From positions 1 through 64,000 of the forward strand of contig NW_021833254.1 of assembly GCF_006345805.1 (NCBI RefSeq): 64,000 bases of DNA. Direction: 5' to 3'. Positions 28,740 to 41,547 of the stretch are shown here, piece after piece. A model generated the notes under the pieces. That model made no database searches, was not told the DNA's origin, and was given only the letters and a program-made list of their open reading frames with translations. The DNA comes from Octopus sinensis. Its lineage: Eukaryota. A program made the translations under genes and the position numbers. The first letter of the stretch is position 1, and each line of letters begins with the position of its first letter.

Positions 28740-28945
28740 TACCACTACTACTACTGATAAAGTTTGTTACAATGATGAGGACGACGACGACGAAGATGAT
28801 GTTGATGATGATGACATCGAAGATGGTATTGATGATGATGGCGATGATGATGATGGTGATGATGATGATGATAATGATGATGATGATGGTGATGCTAATG
28901 ATACTAACGATGATGACGACGACAACGACGACGACGATACTGGTA
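28570..28945. repeat. (AAC)n/(AAT)n/(ACT)n/(GAT)n compound microsatellite
   Basis: direct inspection. Confidence 0.95.
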
Positions 28946-29280
28946 TTAATAATAATAGCCTTTTAAGTACGCAAATTTAAGAGAAGAACCATGAATAGCG
29001 CAATTAGGAAAACAAAATAGCAAAACTAATAAATCAACACTAATTGTAATTAGCATTTTACTTAATTAATCAATCAATTACGTTTCAACTAAAGGGATTT
29101 TATAACTAATGATGTTTCGGAATCAGAATTTAAAATATGATTATATCACTTATTGAATTATAATTTTGTTTGGTATAGAAATTTACTGTCCTCACGTCGG
29201 AGTTGTTGCAGGTTCTGACACTTAAAATGTTTTTATTTGGTGTATGAAATAGATTTGTTTCTCTGGGCGTGTGTTGTGTG

Positions 29281-29316
<36 letters not shown>

Positions 29317-29673
29317 ATAGTTTGTAGAAAAACAACTGAAGTTTCTTAATGTTATATAGAAAGCTCTAGGCAAAATTATTAAAGTTCATAACAGCCCCTT
29401 TTTTTTCATGGACCTTTATAGTAAAGTATCAATTTAACACTTTAATTGCACATATATAAACAGAAACTGGAGGCAAAACTTGATTACGTAAATTTCAAAT
29501 ATATGTGTGTGTGTGTGTGTATGTGTATATGTATATTTACATGTATGTATAATATAGGTATGTATATATATATATACACACAAATATAATATATATACAT
29601 ATTTATACCTTTATATATATACACATACATAGACATACGCATATATATCATATATATATATATATATATATAC

Positions 29674-29704
<31 letters not shown>

Positions 29705-29738
29705 ATATAATAATATATCTATATATATATATATATAC

Positions 29739-29785
<47 letters not shown>

Positions 29786-30244
29786 ATATATATATATATA
29801 TATGGTATGTACATATACTTATGCATTGATATATATATATGATTATATGAGTGTGTACCTATATATATATATATATATATATATAAATACACCCACTCAT
29901 ACGCACACATATATATATGTGTATGTATGGATGTATATGTATATATCACGCGAAAAATACAAGAATTTTTAAAGTGTGATTTTATCGGATCTTGTCAGTA
30001 TATAAATCGAATGAATTCAATTTAATTAAAATGAAATATAATTAAAGAAAAGTAATTGGCCACACACATGCGGACACACTCACACATAAACTCACACAGA
30101 GTGTGACATTTCTAAAAAGCTATTCAATAATATGTCGCAATGAATTAAAGTTTGTCTAACATCGTTTATTGTAAAACATCCGAAATGCAGAAAGAAACGG
30201 TGGAAGACGACAAAGATCGACAACAACATTACATTAAATTGTAT

Positions 30245-30390
30245 AGGCGCAGGCGTTGCTCTGTGATAGGAAGGTTGCTTACCAACCACATCGTTTTGGG
30301 TTCAGTCGCACTACGTCGCACCTTGGGCAAGCGTCTTCTAATTTAGCCTCAGGCCGACCAAAGCACTTTGAGTAGATTTAGTAGACGGTT
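30245..30390 (+). mobile_element. SINE family 3, 5' part
   Basis: ggcgcaggcgttgctctgtgataggaaggttgcttaccaaccac...gcaccttgggcaagcgtcttcta...ggccgaccaaagc. Confidence 0.75.
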
Positions 30391-30437
30391 AATGAAAGAT
30401 CCGGTAATAATTATTATTGATATATAATAACATAAAT

Positions 30438-30588
30438 ATAATTACAATTCGGGGTCCTGAAGAGGCATCACCATGCCAGACATAGAAGTCAAAACTGACT
30501 CTAGAATCACATGATGTGGCACTAGAGTCAATCTTATCTGCTATTTCTGGCATAGTGGTGCGTCTTCGGTACACTTAATTATAATTAT
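30438..30588. repeat. degenerate 150-bp palindrome (74-nt arms, 3-nt loop)
   Basis: 30438-30511 is about 75% identical by eye to the reverse complement of 30515-30588 (gaag, atgccaga, tgactctag blocks conserved). Confidence 0.75.
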
Positions 30589-30936
30589 ATATAGCAGTTC
30601 GGCGAAAGGAAATTGATAGAATAAATATCAAGCTCAAAAAATAAGTTCTGTGGTTGATTCGTTCGATTAAAATTCTTTAAAACAGTGCCCCAGCATGGCC
30701 ACCAGGCACTTGACTAAAACAAGTAAAAGATAAACAATATATCTTGTCATGGCTTGGGGACGTCATTACGCCAACAATAAAACTAATACGCGCACTGAGA
30801 ATAGACGTTGAGGGGATGGACAAGTCACTGAGAAGGTCACTAATAACAAGAGGTCTCTGACTAACAAACAATCATTTTATTGTCGAACCAGAAAACTAAA
30901 CAAACAATCGATTAGTTAGTTGAACATTTAGCGAAT

Positions 30937-31100
30937 CCAGTTCTATATTTAAGAGATGAGGAATTATGTACATTTGATAGATATTTGTCCTCATCTTGTT
31001 TCTTGTTAATAAAACGTTTCGGCTGATATACCCTCCAGCCTTCATCAGGTGTCTTGGGGAAATTTCGAACCTGGGTTCTCATTCCTGAGGTACTTTTCGA

Positions 31101-31168
<68 letters not shown>

Positions 31169-31240
31169 TCACTGCCTGGAATCGAACTCGGAATCTCGGG
31201 GTTAGTAGCCCGCGCTCTAAACCACTACGTCATTAACCCG
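30937..31240 (-). mobile_element. tRNA-headed SINE with internal (AAT)n and a hammerhead-like 3' part (left copy)
   Basis: minus strand head with box A-like tgacgtagtgg and box B gagttcgattcc, then (aat)n, then the body; left TSD acatttagcgaat at 30924-30936. Confidence 0.85.
31008..31053 (-). ncRNA. minimal type I hammerhead-ribozyme-like motif (core intact, stem I mismatched)
   Basis: GACAC CUGAUGA A GGCUG-GAGGGUAUAU-CAGCC GAAA C GUU UUAUU. Confidence 0.6.
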
Positions 31241-31296
31241 ACGATTCCGACTTCGATATCCAGGCATTGACCTGAATAATAATAATAATAATAATA

Positions 31297-31359
<63 letters not shown>

Positions 31360-31488
31360 TCGAAAAATACTCAGGTTTGAACTTTACCCAAGACACATGA
31401 GGAAGGTTGGAGGGTATGTCAACCGAAACGTTGTGTTAACAACAAACAAGTTGGGGACAAATATCCGTCAAAAGTGAATAATGTAAAT
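31241..31488 (+). mobile_element. second copy of the same SINE, 5'-truncated, in inverted orientation (right copy)
   Basis: colinear with the reverse complement of about 30965-31195; right TSD acatttagcgaat at 31489-31501. Confidence 0.85.
31392..31437 (+). ncRNA. minimal type I hammerhead-ribozyme-like motif (stems intact, C3 changed to A)
   Basis: GACAC AUGAGGA A GGUUG-GAGGGUAUGU-CAACC GAAA C GUU GUGUU; GACAC pairs with GUGUU. Confidence 0.6.
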
Positions 31489-31561
31489 ACATTTAGCGAA
31501 TTGAATAACAATGAAAAAAGTAATTTTGAACCAGTGCGCATGTTATTATTATTATAATTAC

Positions 31562-31642
<81 letters not shown>

Positions 31643-31645
<3 letters not shown>

Positions 31646-32890
31646 TAGTTTTATTTTTATAGCGTGCTTTCACTTCACTACCGAGCGCAGCTCTGTATGC
31701 CTTGGGTATGTGCTGTGATTTGTTGTGATGCTCTGATGGTTATTGTATGGAAAGTGTTCTGCGTAGGATGTGTGCAGTGCCTAGTAGTGCAATTTTCTGT
31801 ATGTTATATGTGTTTGTAAGTCCTGGTGTTTTTGTTATGTATTTGTCTGAATATTTTTTACCATGCCTAATGCACTTACTATGATAGGAATTGTTTCGGT
31901 TTTTTGATTCCACATTCTGGTTACCTCTATTTCCAGGTCTTGGTATTTTGAAAGTTTCTCCATTTCTTTTAGAGACTCGTTGTCATCTACCGGTAATGAT
32001 ACATCAATTAGAAAGCATTTCTTTTCTTCATGATCTCTGACAACTATATCTGGTCTGCTGGCCTTAATTTCTCTATTTGTGTGTATTGGCATATCTCAGA
32101 GTATAGTTGCTTTATCGTTTTCTGTGACCTTTTCTGGTGTGTGCCTATACAATCCTTTTTCTGTTGTTATTCCATAATGTTGGCATAGCTTCCAGTGTAT
32201 GTAGGTTCCAACTCTGTCGTGTCTGTGAATATATTCCTTCTTAGCCAGGACTGGGCAGCCAGAGATAATATGATTTATTGTTTCTTGTCCATCTCCACAT
32301 ATTCTGCAGTTACTTGTTATGTTTCTTTTCATTACATGTTTTTGGTAATTTCTGGTGGAGATGTTTTGGTCTTGTGCTGCAATTAAAAATCCCTCTGTCT
32401 CTGCTTTGAGTCCTGAGCTTCTCAACCATTGCTGGGATTTTTCTTTGTCTATTTCTTTTGCATTTAGTTTAGTTCAGTACTTGCCATGAAGGGGCTTTTC
32501 TTACCATTGTTTTATCATGGTCCGTTGCTGTTTTAGTTTTAGTTTTGATTTCATTTGCTTTATACCTTTTGTTGTGTTTTCTTCTTCTTCTTCTTCTTCT
32601 TCTTCTTCTTTCTTCTTCTTCTTCTTCTTCTTCTTCTTCTTCTCTCTTCTTCTTCTTCTCTTCTTTTCTTCTTCTTCTTCTTCTTCTTCTTTCTTCTTCT
32701 TCTTCTTCTTCTTCTTCTTCTTCTCTTCTTCTTCTTCTTCTTCTTCTTCTTCTTCATATTTGTTAGGTGGTATGATTTCTTGTTTGTATTTGTCAGCTTC
32801 CTTAAATACTGAGAACATTTTTTTGTTTTGCTCGTGTTTTGCCGCTATCTGGATCAGTTTTCCTTCCTTCTGAAGTAGATATTTTTGCAG
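31643..32890 (-). mobile_element. R4/Dong-clade family A, 5'-truncated copy with an in-ORF (GAA)n tract
   Basis: HGKY, LRSSGLKAETEGFLIAAQDQ, CRICGDGQETINHIISGC, RHDRVG, RPDIVVRD..LIDVSLP; (ATT)n on both sides. Confidence 0.95.
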
Positions 32891-32935
<45 letters not shown>

Positions 32936-33563
32936 GGTTTATCGACACTCCCAAATCACAAGATTTGTTTCAACACACCAATTGTCATCCACAATTTACC
33001 GAAAAAATACAAAAAACGCAATCGAAGGTATAATTATTTATATACGTCTGTAAATCATGTATAGTGAAAAAAATTTAAGATTGCAATTTCTGCACAAAAT
33101 ATGCATAATTTTCTTGTCTCATGCAACGTATATGCTACAATAGTGTAAGCGTCTATAGTTTGAAACCGCACCTCTTAATCTTATAGTTTCTTACTACCGT
33201 ATACCACTTGTATATTCGGAGCTCAGACTGTTTGATAACTACAGCATGGCGTATATCAAAACAATTGATGGACAGTTATATTTGATAGTTGTCTTGGCCA
33301 CAATCATTTCAAATCATGGAGTCAATACTGCACGCCATTATGTCTATCGATGTTGTAGTCTCTCATACCATACGACATTCTTCGTCATCATGAGTACATT
33401 TGAGTCGCCATCTTCAGTTACTTCCTGACATAATGATGAGGTGTGTATCAAAACCTGCCGTGATAAAATCGGAGTAGCCAAATTATTTAAAGGGTTGATT
33501 AAAATTTAGGCCCATGTATTGAATTTTGTTTGGATACTTCTCAGTAAGTATGACGTATATATG

Positions 33564-33636
<73 letters not shown>

Positions 33637-33643
33637 GTGTGTG

Positions 33644-33679
<36 letters not shown>

Positions 33680-34227
33680 GTAAAACTTTAAATGACCGAA
33701 TATATTGTTTATATTGAGGTCAAACACTAAATTGTTTAACCAACTTTCGTGGTGCTTGAGCAGACTTGTGATTAGAAATACTCCAGCAAGGACTAACTCG
33801 TCTGTTTCAATGAGACACAGCTCCTCTTAATTCCACCTTATTTTGCATAAAGGGGTTACTTTAACGCGTGTGCTTGGCACAACTTGAATGACGCATGTGT
33901 GCTATTTCAAGCTGTCCAGATACTTTTTTGAGTATTGGTGATAAACGGCAATCAGGGAAGCACCATTTTATCTTCAATCAAATATTCAATATTCAATAAT
34001 CAAATACCTAGCTATTCTCTGATGAAGTCTCGAGTATCCCAGGAGAAAATGGTTTTAAGTGTTCAGGACAACAATAATTTAATGAAATTGTAAGGTTAAT
34101 GATTCATTATTGCTCTCGACAATGATAGCGTCCCATAGGTTCACGCAGCCATACACACACGCACACACACATACATACATACATACACACATGCACATAT
34201 TAAATACGTTTATAAATATGAACGTAT

Positions 34228-34465
34228 AAATGTGGCTGCGTGGCAAGATGTTTCGTTCCCCAGTCCACTCAGCTGGCAAAAATGAGTTGTACCTGCATTT
34301 CAAAGGGGCCAGCCTTGCCCCCTTCTGTGTCACGCTGGATCTCCCTGAGAATTACGTTAAGGGTACACGTGTCTGTGGAGTGCTCAGCCACTTGCACGTT
34401 GATTTCATGAGCAAGCTGTTCCGTTGATCGTATCAGCTGGGACCCTCGTCGTCGTAACCGACGGA
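34228..34465 (+). mobile_element. chimeric SINE (family 3-like head, family 1 body)
   Basis: gtggctgcgtggcaagatgtttcgttccc is joined to agtccactcagctggcaaaaatgagttg...gggaccctcgtcgtcgtaaccg; the body matches the reverse complement of about 26685-26890. Confidence 0.75.
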
Positions 34466-35216
34466 CTGGGAGGAGGAGGAGGGTATGCGTGCATGCATGT
34501 ATGTATATAGGTATGTATATAAAATGCCTCTGCACAGTTTCTACTAACTACCACACTAGCAAGGCTGTAGTGAGTTCTAGGCTATAATATAAAACACTTG
34601 TGTAGGAGGCCTCACGGTGAGATCGAACGAGTAGCTCGGGCCTGGAATCTTAGTACTTGTAATTAAGATATATATTTGTATTTTTTACTAGTTTTAAAAG
34701 TTACCATTGAAATTAATACACGTATCAAGATAAAAATTAATAGATTCCATATTTAAATTGCTGTGGCATTCGATTAGATAATAATGTAATTTTAATGCAA
34801 CGAAAATAGATTCCTTAATTACAAGAATTGGTGCTAACCAAATGGATTCTTAGAATGTAATCTTTGATAGTCTTTGCTTCATTTCATTCTTTGTGATGGA
34901 AAATTAGAGACAGATAAATAGAAAGATAGAGAGAGAGAGAGAGAAAATGCAGAACAACACGGAGTCTGAGAGAGGGGGATGGTGGAGTAAGAGAGAGGGA
35001 GATGAGGAGAAGTTGTGTGTTATAGAATAGACGAGAAAGTGAGAGACAATTACGCGAAAAGTAATTAGGGATTGGTCTTAATGGAATGAGGACATGGATG
35101 ATGGAACCAGAGCTGAATTTCATTTCTGTAAATAGAAAAATGTATCCAAGATATTACATTGTAGCACGATTAGAGCAAATAATTATAATGACAATTGCAG
35201 CAGCAGTGGTAGCAGC

Positions 35217-35253
<37 letters not shown>

Positions 35254-35373
35254 ATAATAATAATTAACATTATGATTACAGTAATAATTGTAAAAATGCA
35301 ATAATGATGGTCCTAATAATAACAATGATAATAATAATAATAATATAATAATAATAATAATAATAATATTAAT

Positions 35374-35442
<69 letters not shown>

Positions 35443-35487
35443 GATGACGATGATTATAATAATAATGATAATTATTATTATTAATAT

Positions 35488-36392
35488 GGAAGGCCCTGGG
35501 ACCAAATGGAGTTCAAGGCTACTGGATCAAAAGATTTGGTGAATGTTATGCAGAAATAGCTGCACAACTCAACACCTTGTTAAATGGCGACCAAGTCTCA
35601 GCAAAGTGGCTGAAAACGGGTAGGACAGAGCTGTGCTTGGAAAGCGTCGAAGAAGCAATAGGGTAGAGAATTACAGGCCGATGTCCTTGCCACTTATGTG
35701 GAAATTATTGACTGGGATAGTCGCACAGTCAATCTACGGACATCTGGAAAAAAAATGGAGTCCTGCCACATGAGCAGAAAGGTTGCAAGCGTAAGTGCAG
35801 AGGTACCATGTATCAACTCCTGGTAGATAAAAATGTACTTAGAGAATGCAAGAGGCGGAAAACTAACTTAGCCATGTCATAGAGTGATTATAGTAAGACG
35901 TACGATATGTTCTCACGTTCTTGGATTCATGGAATGTATGAACATGTTTGGTATTGCATCGAATGTTGAGCGATTGCTTGGAAAAGGAGGGGCTATGTAT
36001 AATACCACTAACACTGATTCTGAGGAAGGCAAAAGCTGGTGATGTATTCAAATACCGCCAACAAAAAGTCAACCACTTGTTATTCATGGATGATCTCAAA
36101 CTTTATGGTAAAGATGAATCCTAAGTCAGTTCCCACGTTGATACGGTGTATAATTTCAGTGATGATATCAGAATGGAGTTCAGACTAAGAAAGTGTGGTG
36201 TATTAGTTTTGAAGAGAGGCAAAATCAAATGTATGGACGGGCTAGTGATACTGTCGGGGTAAGGAATGATGCAGATAGAAGAAACGGGCTCTAAGTACCT
36301 AGGGTTATTGGAAATGAATAAATTGATGGAGAAAGAAATGACAGAAACATTTAAGATGGAGTATTTTCGCAGACTGAGACTGATACTTACGT
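35488..36392 (+). mobile_element. decayed R4/Dong-clade RT fragment directly after an (AAT)n tract
   Basis: [70 protein letters not shown]. Confidence 0.9.
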
Positions 36393-36970
36393 AGGTGTAA
36401 TCGTGTTGGACCTCTTCATAAATATGTTGTCAGGGAAAACACAAATAAATATGTTTTAAAATTTCCAGCTTATAAATTTTAACCACAATCAGGTATAAGA
36501 CAAAATGCAAATATTCTGTTAGATAGCATCCATCCTTTCGAGCGAACAAACTTTAGGGCCACAACTCTGTAAACGACTTATTCAGGTTTTTCTAGAATTT
36601 GTTTCACACGTAGAAATACTTCCAGAATTTCTCAATATTATCATGTGTAAACACAGAAACACAAACACACTAACACACAGAGGTGTATGTTTCAACATCA
36701 TAGCATCTTCATTTCGTTTATGATGAAAATCGTAGTAAAGGTAACCACGGGCATCAGACTCCATGAATAAGAGATGTCTCACTGCTTCACATATTCATAT
36801 ACTCAGGTTTTGATTTTATAAGGAAAAAGAACGAGATCGAACAAACGTTACCATGCTGGGAAATCGACTTGCCCACCACCCTGGAATTGCTGTGCGAAAA
36901 TTTGAAACCAATAGAAACTAAAGGAATAAACATTTGAAAATTTACTCACCACCACCACTATAATAGTACC

Positions 36971-37175
36971 ATGCATCACAACCATATGTGTACGAAATGG
37001 TGATCTCCGGACAGGCTCAACTGGTTAAGGTCAAACAACTGACAAGCACATCTGTAGTATTGAGCAGAATATTTGCTGTGAACCCTCTTTTATATCAAGA
37101 CAAAATAATGTACATGATAACACTTCCAATCAGTTAAGATCAGAAGCCATGAGAGCCACTGGCCGATACTGCATT
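36971..37175 (-). mobile_element. internally deleted copy of the 556-bp TAA-embedded element
   Basis: reverse complement of about 58981-59146 joined to about 59393-59430. Confidence 0.8.
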
Positions 37176-37182
37176 AATTATT

Positions 37183-37568
37183 ATCAGACAGACAGTTCTT
37201 TACGCAATATGCGTGCAGTTCCAAGTAATGCCATCTGTTGCAATACATCTAGATTGTAGGGTATTTCTAAAGTTTTCAGATGATTGTTTTTACAGATTGA
37301 GTGGTATTGAAACCAAAGCTCCGATGAGAATAGGGATTACCTTTATGTTTGACCCACGTAACTGCATATGGGGGCCCTCAGTCTCCATCTTTATCAACCT
37401 GTTCTCTTTCTTTCATGATGATATGTTCATCTCCTGATACTGCCACCTCAATTATTAGGCACTCTCGTTTGTCCATCTTAAAGGTTACTATATCGGGTCT
37501 ACGGTTACTATATCCCTGTCTCTCTGAAAGTCAGTCCCAGAGGATTTTTGCCTTCACCTTTTCTTCCA
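37183..37568 (-). mobile_element. R4/Dong-clade 3' fragment (RLE) between (ATT)n tracts
   Basis: RRPDIVTFK.DKRECLIIEVAVSGDEHI, VIPILIGAL, ALLGTARILRKEL. Confidence 0.8.
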
Positions 37569-37571
37569 TCA

Positions 37572-37651
<80 letters not shown>

Positions 37652-37902
37652 CATTGTTATCACCATAAAATGACAACAAAATTTGTTCTTTCAAAATCAC
37701 GATCGAAATGTGATTTTCATAATGGTAAGTAGGCTTAGAAAGTTCAGGGATATCGACTGGTAGGATGTAAAACATAGATTTACTGTCTGATGAGAATAGC
37801 TGAATATACGCTTCAAACTGAACAACACTATTCAGAAGAAATATAAAATTTTAGTGTACGTCATTCAGTATGTTATATATATATATGTATATATTTATAT
37901 AT

Positions 37903-37972
<70 letters not shown>

Positions 37973-38184
37973 GTATATACATATAATAAATACATTATAT
38001 ATATATATGCATAATAATATATGTATATATATATATATATTATATATATATATATATATATAATATATATATATACGTGCATGTATGTACGTGTATATAC
38101 ATACATATATATTTATATATAGATGCATAAGTACTCATCTGTATATGCTTTATATATATCTCTATATATACATTTATGTATATG

Positions 38185-38215
<31 letters not shown>

Positions 38216-38579
38216 TTATGTGTACGAATGCATGAAGACCAACACATATGTCTGCCACGTCAGTGTTATGCTGTCTGCGATTAAGTAATTGCTAAAATGT
38301 TCAACATGAATTCACTGATGCAGCTTCAAAGCTTATGACTGTATTTCAAGGAGCTTTATGCATATAAATATAAAGTCTGTCGGACTGTGTCAAATATTCT
38401 ATACGCATGAAGTCGAATTTGCATTTTATTCTTCCATGGTCATGTACCGGTGTCTATATGGGATCCAACACCTTTCCAGCTATCCGGATATTATAAGTAT
38501 TCAAGAAATCATTAATGAAATAGTAATAATAATAATGATGATGATAATAAAAATAAAAATAATAATAATAATAATAATG

Positions 38580-38680
<101 letters not shown>

Positions 38681-38728
38681 AATAATAATAATAATATGAT
38701 ATATATATGTATACATATGCAATATTGA

Positions 38729-38759
<31 letters not shown>

Positions 38760-38911
38760 TAGTTGTGTATATATCTCAGTGTCTATATGTACATATTTGT
38801 ACGTGTCTGTCAGATTTTGGTAAATATTTTGTACGCGAATACAAACGACGCCATGACAATGTGGCAAGAATGATCCATTGGGAGCTCTATGGAAGTAGTG
38901 GCCTGCAAAGA

Positions 38912-39215
38912 GCAATGACGTGGTAAGCACAAACCCCAGGAATTGCCGAAAATAGGAACTGTAAAATTCTGTGGGATGTAATGATCCAGTGCGATCACCC
39001 GACCAGACATTGGAATCTGGACATTGTTGTGATGAAGAGAAAATAGAGAACATGTATGATTATCGACATAGCATGCCCCGGTGACAACAGGATCAGAAGA
39101 AAAAATAAATGACTATGACGATTTGAAGTGGGAAATAGCAATTGGTGCACTTGGAAGTATCAGCGCTCAACAACCAACAGGGCTGACACAGATCAGTGCA
39201 AGTGGCTTCTAATCC
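38912..39215 (+). mobile_element. decayed R4/Dong-clade RLE fragment, followed by a SINE tail (39230-39342)
   Basis: ENRNCKILWDVMIQCD..DIVV..CMIIDIACPGDNRI. Confidence 0.75.
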
Positions 39216-39340
39216 TATGCGATTGAAAGTCTTATCATCATTTCGAGGCCAATGGGATAAATGCCAGCTAAGTATTGGGGTTGAGGTAATCAATTAGTCC
39301 CTCCCGCAAAATCCCACTTCTTGTGCATGTAGTAGAAAGA

Positions 39341-39410
<70 letters not shown>

Positions 39411-39413
<3 letters not shown>

Positions 39414-39900
39414 TAGTTTTATTTTTATAGCGCGCTTTCAGTTCACTACCGAGCGCAGCTCTGTGTGCCTTGGGTATGTGCTGTGATTTGTTGTGATGCT
39501 CTGATGGTTATTGTATGGAAAGTGTTCTGCGTAGGATGTGTGCAGTGCCTAGTAGTACAATTTTCTGTATGTTATATGTGTTTGTAAGTCCTGGTGTTTT
39601 TGTTATGTATTTGTCTGAATATTTTTTTATCATGCCTAATGCACCTACTATGATAGGAATTGTTTCTGTTTTCAGGTTCCACATTCTAGTTACCTCTATT
39701 TCCAGGTCTTTGTATTTTGAGAGTTTCTCCATTTCTTTTAGAGACACGTTGTCATCTGCCGGTATTGATACATCAATTAGAAAGCATTTTTTTCTTCATG
39801 ATCTCTGACAACTATATCTGGTCTGTTGGCCTTAATTTCTCTATCTGTGAGTATCGGAATATCCCAGAGTATGGTTGCTTTCTCGTTTTCTGTGACCTTT
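39411..39900 (-). mobile_element. R4/Dong family A 3' fragment (A1)
   Basis: KEMEKLSKYKDLEIEVTRMWNLKTETIPIIVGALG..KIVLLGTAHILRRTLSIQ*; (ATT)n on both sides. Confidence 0.95.
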
Positions 39901-39916
39901 ATTATTATTATTATTA

Positions 39917-39980
<64 letters not shown>

Positions 39981-39983
<3 letters not shown>

Positions 39984-40468
39984 TAGTTTTATTTTTATAG
40001 CGCGCTTTCAGTTCACTACCGAGCGCAGCTCTGTGTGCCTTGGGTATGTGCTGTGATTTGTTGTGATGCTCTGATGGTTATTGTATGGAAAGTGTTCTGC
40101 GTAGGATGTGTGCAGTGCCTAGTAGTACAATTTTCTGTATGTTATATGTGTTTGTAAGTCCTGGTGTTTTTGTTATGTATTTGTCTGAATATTTTTTTAT
40201 CATGCCTAATGCACCTACTATGATAGGAATTGTTTCTGTTTTCAGGTTCCACATTCTAGTTACCTCTATTTCCAGGTCTTTGTATTTTGAGAGTTTCTCC
40301 ATTTCTTTTAGAGACACGTTGTCATCTGCCGGTATTGATACATCAATTAGAAAGCATTTTTTTTCTTCATGATCTCTGACAACTATATCTGGTCTGTTGG
40401 CCTTAATTTCTCTATCTGTGAGTATCGGAATATCCCAGAGTATGGTTGCTTTCTCGTTTTCTGTGACC

Positions 40469-40471
<3 letters not shown>
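39981..40471 (-). mobile_element. R4/Dong family A 3' fragment (A2), near-identical to A1
   Basis: differs from A1 only by one T in a homopolymer, by inspection; same truncation point. Confidence 0.95.
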
Positions 40472-40536
<65 letters not shown>

Positions 40537-40538
<2 letters not shown>

Positions 40539-41139
40539 GTTTGACTTTTGCTTTATGTTTGTACAAGTTGGCTCCATGTCTCACCCAGACAGAGACTTCA
40601 AGAGACAACAGGCTGGAAGTTTACGTTGTTGTTATGCCTAGTGTGCCATATATTTGGGGTTTTTTTGGTGTTGTACAAGTGAATGTCTAATAAATAAATT
40701 TAAAAAAGAAAAAAAAGTTTGTTTTAAACCTTGAGATTACATAGAGAGTATTTTGCGTAGGATATGAGCAGTTCCCATGAGCACTATCTTTTGAATTTCT
40801 GCCATTTTGGGGTTTCCTGGTATCTGAGTTAGGTAGCAAACAGCCCCTTTCGCTATCATTCCCAGGGCACCTATGACAACAGGTATTGTTTTAGTCTTCA
40901 GGTTCCACATTTTGCTGATTTCTATTTCAAGATCTTTATATTTGCTCAGTTTTTGGTAGGTCTTGACAAATACGTTTATATCGATTGGGACCGTCATATC
41001 AATGAAGAGGCATGTTCTTTGTCTGAAGTCTTTCAATATGATGTCTGGCCTATTTGCATCTATATTTCTGTCAGTTTGAATGGTGAAGTTCCAGAGGAGT
41101 GAGATGTGGTTATCTTCAAGCACTGGAGGTGGATTGTGG
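40537..41139 (-). mobile_element. R4/Dong family B 3' fragment (B1)
   Basis: LLWNFTIQTDRNIDANRPDIILKD..FIDMTVP..KLSKYKDLEIE..KIVLMGTAHILRKILSM*. Confidence 0.95.
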
Positions 41140-41194
41140 ATTATTATTATTATTATATTATTATTATTATTATTATTATTCTTATTATTATTAT

Positions 41195-41450
<256 letters not shown>

Positions 41451-41488
41451 TTGTTGTTGTTGTTGTTTTGTTATTATTATTATTATTA

Positions 41489-41544
<56 letters not shown>

Positions 41545-41547
<3 letters not shown>

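Noticed and set aside
34014-34052. CTGATGA...GAAA hammerhead-like string
   Set aside because: Stem II (gtct/agga) pairs poorly, and there is no convincing stem I or NUH site; at most a decayed relic.
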